In this document: piece after piece, positions 49,647 to 64,000 of the stretch
Position numbering within the stretch: position 1 is the stretch's first letter
Layout: the number at the start of each line of letters is the position of its first letter
Source of the DNA: Microbotryum violaceum
Taxonomy: Eukaryota
Direction of reading: 5' to 3'
NCBI GenBank assembly: GCA_001244265.2
Contig: CDLV01000010.1
Location: forward strand, 1,054,001 to 1,118,000
Length of the DNA stretch: 64,000 bases
Made by a program: the position numbers and the translations under genes
Notes under the pieces: model-generated
What the model was told of the DNA's origin: nothing
Database searches by the model: none
Seen by the model: the letters and a program-made list of their open reading frames with translations, nothing else

Positions 49647-52600
49647 ATGGACTCGCTTCGGACGCGTAAAGGAGCCGCCGCTGCTGCTGCTGAAGCTGCA
49701 GCCACCTGCGACACGCAGCACTCGGCGCACCAGCACCCGCCGTCTCAACCCCAGCAGCATCATCACCAGGCCTCCGCCGCAGCATCCTCGACCGGCGCGC
49801 CGTCACAAGCGTTGCATGGCAACGGCGGATCGTCAGCTTACTACTCTGCACCGGCGGCGGGTCCGTCATTGATCCCAAAGGTCGATTTCTCAGCCACGAG
49901 CTCGAAGCCTCTATCGTTGACCAAGAGGGAACAGAGATCTAGTTCACACAAAGGCTCGCTCAAGGATGGGAAACGCTCGTTGCCGAGGAACACCGTCTGG
50001 GATCGGATGGGAGGGGGCTTCAATCTCGGGCCTGGGGAAGGAAGACTTTTGTTGGGTTTGTTTTTGTTGGGCTCGGTTGTGAGGCTGTACAAGATTGGGA
50101 GACCTAGCTCCGTCGTGTGAGTGCTGGCACCCGTTTCGAGGTCGTATCGGAACGCGTGGAGTCCGAAGCCTGACACGTTCAATCAATCATTTGTGGCTCG
50201 CAGATTCGACGAGGTTCATTTCGGAGGGTAAGCCCGGCGTTGTTCAATAATCGTGGCTAATCTCAGATCGATGCTAATCTTTCCACTCCATTGTGCTCTA
50301 CAGATTCGCCAACAAGTGAGCTCATCTTCGCAGTTCGCGGGCGGCAGCGGTCATTAGCTCACACGTGGCTGTTCACAATCGCAGATACATCCAATCGCGA
50401 TTCTTCATGGACGTGCATCCACCGCTGGCCAAACTTCTCATCGCCTTGATGGCATACATAGGCGGCTTCCAGGGCGGATCCTTCGATTTTAAGGAAATCG
50501 GTCAGTCATCCACCCCGACCGGGAAACGACCCAGCGGTGCTCCCACTCCAATGGGAACGCTGACCACGAGCGGACACACACAACCCAGGTCGTGAATACG
50601 GACCCGAACACGTTCCTTATATCCTGATGCGGCTACTCCCGGCTGTACTTGGCCTTCTCGTCATTCCCATCGCTTACCTCACGCTGCGTGGACTGCAGAC
50701 GCGACCTACGACCGCTCTCCTCGGCGCTCTCTTCATCACCTTCGAGAACGGTCTCATCACCCAATCTCGCTTCATCCTCCTCGATTCACCCCTCATCTTC
50801 TTTACCGCGCTTTCGACGCTGTTTTGGGTCGGCTTTTCGAACGAGAACGAGGTGCCTAGGGATCGAGCAGGCCGAGTGGGACCGTTCAGTCGACGATGGT
50901 GGATTTGGCTCACCTTGACCGGTCTCGCCTTGGGCGCGGTACTCAGTTGCAAATGGGTCGGTCTCTTTACCATCTCCACCATCGGTATTCTGACGATTCT
51001 GCAGCTGTGGACCTTATTGGGCGATCTTCGAGTGCCGATCCCTTTGCTGGTGCGCCATTTTGTCGCCCGAGCACTATGCTTGATCGCGATCCCGATCGTG
51101 TTCTACATGGCCATGTTCAAGATCCATTTCGCCATCTTGTCCAACTCGGGTGACGGCGACGGTTTTATGTCGAGCGAGTTTCAACATACTTTGCGTGGCC
51201 ACGGAATGGAAGACACGTTTGCAGGTAAGTCCACCTCTCGGCACCCAGCCTGTTGTCAACGCACTGAGCTGACATTTGGCCGTTGAGTAGATGTCATGAT
51301 TGGATCCACCGTCACGCTACGCCATTTACGCACTCAAGGCGGCTATTTGCATTCGCATCCGTCCAATTACCCTGGAGGCAGCAAGCGTGAGTCGAGGTTT
51401 CCCCGGTTGTCAAGCATCAAGCATCAAACATCAACTGAGATTACTATATGCATTCACGTTCTATAGAGCAACAAATCACCCTTTACCCCCATCGCGACGA
51501 GAACAACAACTGGCTTGTGCTCAACTCAACGGCCGATCCTGAACGACCGGATCCGCAAAACGATTCGCCTCCCCGTCCTCTCCAAGATCGCGACATCATC
51601 GTCTTGCATCATGTCTCGACGAACAAGAAGCTGCATTCCCACGACATCCGACCTCCCATCAGCGAGGTCGACTACCAAAACGAAGTGTCGGCCTATGGCT
51701 TTGAGGGCTTTGACGGCGACGCAAACGACCACTTCAGCGTCGAAATCGACCAAACGGAGACGGATACGAAGCACGGCGGTCGGGACGCGAAGAAGCGGGT
51801 GCAAACGCTGCGAACCAGGTTCCGCCTGCGTCATCTCTTGACGGGATGCTATCTCTTCTCGCACAAGGTCAAGCTTCCCGAATGGGGTTTTGAGCAACAG
51901 GAAGTGACGTGCAACAAGAATCCGTCGCATGACAATGCCTTGTGGTATATCGAGACGAACGAACATGCTGCGTGTTAGTTATTATGCGCCGATTCGCGCA
52001 TCACTTGGCCTCCCTGCTGACCGAGTCCATTCGTTTCGACAGTGCCCTCGACCTCGCCCAAGGTCAACTATCGTCTGCCAGGTTTCTTCGGCAAGTTCTT
52101 CGAGCTTCAAAAGGTTATGTGGCTCACCAACGCTGGGTTGACCGATCGGCACGCGTACGACTCACGGCCCCACTCGTGGCCACTACTTCGTCGAGGTATC
52201 AATTTGTAGGTCTCCGAGCATCCGAGCTTTGCGATGTCCGAAGTTTGACGCTTATTCCGGGTGGATTTAATACTGCAGCTGGGTCAAGAATCACCGCCAG
52301 ATCTACCTCATCGGAAACCCTTTCGTATGGTATCTTGCCACGTTCTCAGTGCTGGCGTATTTCGGCATCCGCGGCATGCTCATCTTGCGATGGCAGCGCG
52401 GCTACAAGGACTTTGCCCACTGTACGTCCCAGGAATGTCGTGCTCCACTCATTATGCTCGCAACTGACGAAGTTTTCTCTTGTCACCGATGCAGCTCAAG
52501 TCGTCTTCTACGATGGAGTTTGCGGGTTCCTGACGCTTGGCTGGTTCCTGCACTTCGTCCCTTTCTTCTTGATGTCGCGCCAACTGTTCCTGCACCACTA

Positions 52601-53728
52601 CTTCCCTGCGCTCTACTTCTCTGTACGCAAACAAACATACGCTCGCTCCAAACCTGTGCTGAGGCTGACCTGGATCCCTAAACCATCCAACGCAGATCCT
52701 TCTTTCGGCATCCGTCTTTGACCTGGCCACCTCGTTCCTCAAGCCCAAGTTCCGCCTCCAAGCAGTCGTAATTTTCGCCCTCGGAGCCATGGCGACGTAC
52801 TGGTACTTCTCTCCTCTAACCTATGCTGGTGTATGGACGCGCGAACAGTGCATGCGGGCTCAGTGGCGCCCCCATTGGGACTTCTCGTGCGACGACTTCC
52901 TCAGCAAAGACGCGCTCAAGAAGCAGGCGCACGTCGAAGGGGATGTTGCGGTCACAACGGGGATAAGCACGACCGCTGTTGTGAACGAGCTCCTGCCGGG
53001 GAGGAATGCTTTCGGGGAGGATATGATTAAAGGTGAGAGCAGGCTTTAGATAACCAAGTTAGGACAGCGGACTGAACCTGGCCTATTCACTCACTCGCCT
53101 CCCAGCCCCGGTCTCGTACATCATCCCGAACGATCCTCTTGCCACCCCGGCGGCGGCGGTGCCGGGTCCTGACGACCCTTCGACAACTATCATGCCTGAA
53201 GATCGACCCGAGGCAATGGTTCTTCCTCCCGCTGCACAGCAAGAGACGGACCTCGTACCGCCTCCTGCCCGAGCGGCGGCAGGCGAGAATGCGGCCCCCG
53301 TTGGCCCCAAGGATGAGGCGGGGGAGAAGCTCGAGGCCGTAAAGGAGATGGCTAGAAATGCTGAGGAACGGTTCGAGGAGGGACAAAAAGCGAGACAGGT
53401 GAGGCAGGCTGAGGCTCGGGAAGATGAAGTCGAGGAATACCGGAAGGAGGCAGAAAATGAGCCCCTGAAGATTTGGGAACGAGTTGAGCCCAAGCGCAAG
53501 CGCAAGCCCAAGCCCAAGCCGAAGCCGGTCCCAATTAAGGCGCCAGCAAAGAAGGTCGTCATTGACGCGGACGACGATGGCGAAGAAGAAGAGGCCGAGG
53601 TGGACGCATATGTCAGGAAGATTCGTGCGCAACAAAAGTACACCGACGACGACGACGACGATGACGACTTCAACATCAAGAACGTCGGGAAGCCGAAGCT
53701 AGATGAGGATCTGCCAGAACTGGGTTGA
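49647..53728 (+). CDS. PMT1: Dolichyl-phosphate-mannose protein O-mannosyltransferase (PMT1-like)
   Basis: SSVVFDEVHFGGFANKYIQSRFFMDVHPPLAKL, QSRFILLDSPL, SCKWVGLFT, SGDGDGFMSSEFQ, MIR domains (GGYLHSH, LPEWGFEQQEVTC), RQLFLHHYFPALYF, and a long acidic C-tail. Subfamily assignment is by recalled motifs. Confidence 0.9.
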
Positions 53729-54265
53729 AAGAGGTCGTTCGAGCCCCTGGCTCTATCGTTTTGTTTGTAGCTTGCTCTGACGCATCATCATGTGAAGTAC
53801 ATCTTCCTCTCATGTATAAAATAGATGCGTTAATTCATGAACTGTGATGCTCAATCATGCTTGTTCGCACATTCATTATGGACCCGGGGCTCGGGTACTC
53901 GGTACACTCGGTACATGGCAATCGCGCAATTTGAGCAGGCGTCTATTTCCACTTTCGAGTCGGTGCAGCAAAATACTCAAAGCGATCCCCGTATTTTCCA
54001 AGCTCTTTTTTTTCTCTTTTTTTTTCGATCTGGCTAGGTACCAAAAGTTCGCCCTGATGTGACTGTCCCATGGCACTAAAGGAAGGCATTCCGACTCTTT
54101 CGGAGTTCCGAGAGGGTCCGGGCGCGGCGGCGGACGGGCTCGACAAAAATAGAAGACGTGCCGGCCCGCCTTGCGTGCATGTTCTTCGGCATCACCTCGC
54201 GTCTGTCAGCAGTGAATCCTTGTCATTGTTCGTTCTGCTCCATACCCGTCGATGGCTCGGCGACA

Positions 54266-61089
<6,824 letters not shown>

Positions 61090-61405
61090 CAAAAAGAACG
61101 TGGCATCGGGACAGATCGGGGCAGTAGAGCGCAAACCGTTCCTCATGCTGTGCTGCCATATTGCGCCTTTTGCTTGTACATCAAGTCCAAACGCGTACCC
61201 CAGACCGCGATCACACGCGTGCGAGCCCGGCGGAGATGATCGATGATGGCCTCCGGTGCGCGCTCGCCGCGCGCCTGTGCAGCAAACGAACGAGCCTTCG
61301 CAAGTTCGCAGCACAGGCGATCTGCGGAGCTGAGCGTGGCAGTGGCTTGAGCTTTCGCCGTTCCGCAGATCTTACCCTCGTCGTCGTCGTCGCGACTCTT
61401 TAGAC

Positions 61406-64000
61406 ATGGCAGATGTGCGTTAGGATGTTACCGAACATCAAATCCAGCCATTGACCCCCGTGATTATTCCTTGCGCAGACGGCGTTCACCCAGTCGCTGC
61501 ATGCGACGCTCGAGCAATCCGTCGCGCCTGACACGGCCGTCATCAAAGCCGTCAGTCGTTGCAGTTCGGCTCAGCTAAGCTCATCCCAGCTCAGCCTAGC
61601 CCGGCTCTACGCGTCCCCCGAGGCCGAGCTCACACATAATAACTTTTCTCGAACAGGCTACTGTCACACTCAACAAGCAGTTCTACACCAGCGCGGCGTG
61701 CGTGCCCGCGCTATTCGAGATCGCCAGCTCCAGCCCCAACTCGGCGGTGAGTTGTGTGCTGCCCGTCGATGCGCCCGCTCCTGCTTCTCCGGAACACCTT
61801 CGGCCACGTTCCAGAACCAAGGATGATTGCAATACTGCAGTCTGGGTCGGACTTGAGAAAGGGGAATCATCCCGGGCGATGGCTCGCGCTGGGACCCGTG
61901 CTGCCCTCGCTGGCTCTCGCAAGCAGTCCCCGACCTCGTGGCATCCTTCGCTTCCCAGAAATAACTCCTGTTCACGTGTACCTTGTGCGCCCGACCAGCC
62001 CGATCCACGACATTCATCGATAAGATGTGTATTCCTATCTACAGCTGGCTGACTTGTCCCCTGGACGCTCACCTACAGATCCGACAATTGGCTTTGGTCG
62101 AACTTCGCAAGAGGATCATCTTCAAGAAGTCGAAGCAGTACCTCGCGCACCCTCAACAATTGCGCACGGCTCTCAAAGTGCGACTTTTGGAAGTCGTCCT
62201 AAGTGACATCACGTGCGTTCACACATCCATCTCAGCCACGGCCGGCACGTTCGGCGCTAGGTGGCTGCCGAGGTCGAAGCGTGCGCAAAATTGACCCGAA
62301 CGCGCTATAATACCACAGTGGTCAAACACGAGCAGCCGCTGTCCGTGTCATCGCCGCTATCGCTTCGGTTGAGATTGACAAGAACACCTGGCCCGAACTT
62401 CTTCCTTGGTTATGGCAAGGCGCATCAGATGCCGACAAGACTCGCCGAGAGGTGTCGAGCCAGTCGATCAACGTTCTGCTCGACCACATCGCCGTTGCCA
62501 AGACGAGCAGCAGTCCGTCGGGCAACTACATTCCGCTTTTGATGGAGTTGTTCAGCAAAACTTTGGTCGACTCGGAAAGTCTGACGGTCCGCGTCTGGAC
62601 CGTTCGATCGCTCGGACGACTTGCCGAGTACATCGAGAAATCCGAGGGGGCCGAAATTGCTGCCTTTCAATCGCTCGTTCCTGGCATCGTCGGTGTCTTG
62701 TCGCAGACGCTCGAGGCTGGCGATGAGACGGCGGCGAAGGAAGGGTTCGAGGTTGTCGAAGGGCTCATGCTTGCCGAGGCTCCTCTCGTTACACCGCATT
62801 TGGCCGCCTTGGTGCAATTCCTCCTTTCCGCATCGGCGAACCGAGCCTACGACGATGAGTTGCGCATCATGGCCCTCAACGCCCTCATGTGGACCATCAA
62901 GTTCAAGAAGGCCAAAATTCAGTCGCTCAACCTCGCCGGCGCGATCGTCACCGCCCTTCTTCCCGTCGGTGCCGAGCCCGAGCCCGCCGATGCCGATGAT
63001 GACAGCCCGGCCCGCGTCGCCTTCCGAGTCATCGACACCCTCGCCACCTCACTTCCCCCGACCCAGGTATTCCCTCCCCTGTTTGAGTCTGTCCGCCACT
63101 TTGCCGCCTCGCCCGACCCCTTGTTCCGCAAATCTGCCATCACCGCCTTTGGAGTCGTCGTCGAGGGCTGCTCGCTCTTCATCCAGCCTCACTTGGAGCA
63201 ACTCTGGCCCCTCATCTTTGCCGGTCTGGCCGACTCGGAGGTCATCGTTCGCAAGGCTTCGTGTAACGCACTCGGGTGCCTGTGCGAGATGCTTGACGAG
63301 GATTGCGCGCAACAGCACGCCGTTTTGTTGCCGATGATTGCCAAGCTTATGTCAGATCCCGAGACCCAGCGTTCGGCCTGCACGGCGCTTGACTGCTTGC
63401 TCGAGGTGCTCGGCCCTGATATCGATCCCTACATCCCCAGTCTCATGGAGTCGCTGATCACCCTGCTTGACACGGCCTCGCTCGAACTCAAGGGCACGGT
63501 TGTCGGTGCAATCGGATCGGCCGCGCATGCTTCCAAGGCTAAGTTCGCGCCTTATTTCAACGCAGCGATGCAGAGGATCGTCACGTTTTTGTCGTTGACG
63601 GAGGAGGGCGAGGAGCTGCAGCTCCGCGGTGTCGCTCAGGACACGGTCGGCACGCTCGCCGAATCGGTCGGTAAAGAGCTCTTCCGACCGTACTACGCTC
63701 CCTTGATGCAAATCTCGATCGAGGCCATGGTCGTCCCGAACGCACCCACACTGAAGGAGTGCTCGTACATCTTCTGGGCCGTTCTGTCACGCGTCTACGG
63801 TGAAGAGTTCCAGACGTACCTCCCGACGATCATGCCCCTATTGCTCGGTGCCGTTGGGCAGGCGGAGGTCGATGAGCAGACCCTCCTCGGCATGGGGCTC
63901 GGCTCGAACGACTTTGGCACGGGTGCGGATGCTGAGGACGACGATGGTGAGGACGGGTTCGAGGACATCGATGAGGATATCAACTCGGACGACGATGAGG
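61406..64000 (+). CDS. KAP123: Importin-4/Kap123 (importin beta family), 3' end outside window
   Basis: Spliced MADTAFTQSLHATLEQSVAPDTAVIKAAT..IRQLALVELRKRI..VKHEQPL/AAVRVIAAIA..WPELLP, HEAT repeats, DDDSPARVAFRVIDTLATSLPPTQVFP, VVVEGCS, and acidic loop DGFEDIDED. Confidence 0.88.

Noticed and set aside
62025-62040. snR30/U17 m1-like word GTATTCCTA in the KAP123 intron
   Set aside because: The partner m2 motif (AAACCAT) and terminal hairpin are absent downstream.

Overview
Intron-rich, GC-rich fungal genomic DNA. Short GT-AG introns and gene content suggest a basidiomycete, probably Pucciniomycotina/Microbotryomycetes (inference). The backbone is single-copy housekeeping genes: kinesin-5, NUS1, a Gcn4/CpcA-like bZIP, MRS2-type Mg transporter, TFIIB, GET1, VMS1, GatB, ICE2, ITC1, GPI10, MTQ2, YTH1, eIF3k, PMT1 and importin-4. 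It is interrupted by accessory DNA. (1) A ~9 kb Kyakuja-Dileera-Zisupton (KDZ) DNA transposon at ~26.1-35.2 kb has a perfect 12-bp terminal inverted repeat, a CxC1+KDZ transposase, a convergent HMG-box-like gene, and a decayed spliced gene between them that I could not identify as the usual TET/JBP cargo. A second diverged inverted copy of its left end lies at ~35.6-35.8 kb. (2) A Helitron Rep fragment lies at ~17.6-17.9 kb. (3) A YOR1/MRP-type ABC transporter pseudogene is split by a ~1.8 kb insert carrying a Ty3/Gypsy RT fragment. (4) A Cys-repeat secreted-protein gene looks degenerate. Several genes have odd start-codon arrangements: GPI10 has no in-frame ATG, and ICE2 has its ATG split by an intron. 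Exon boundaries were read by eye and no database search was run.
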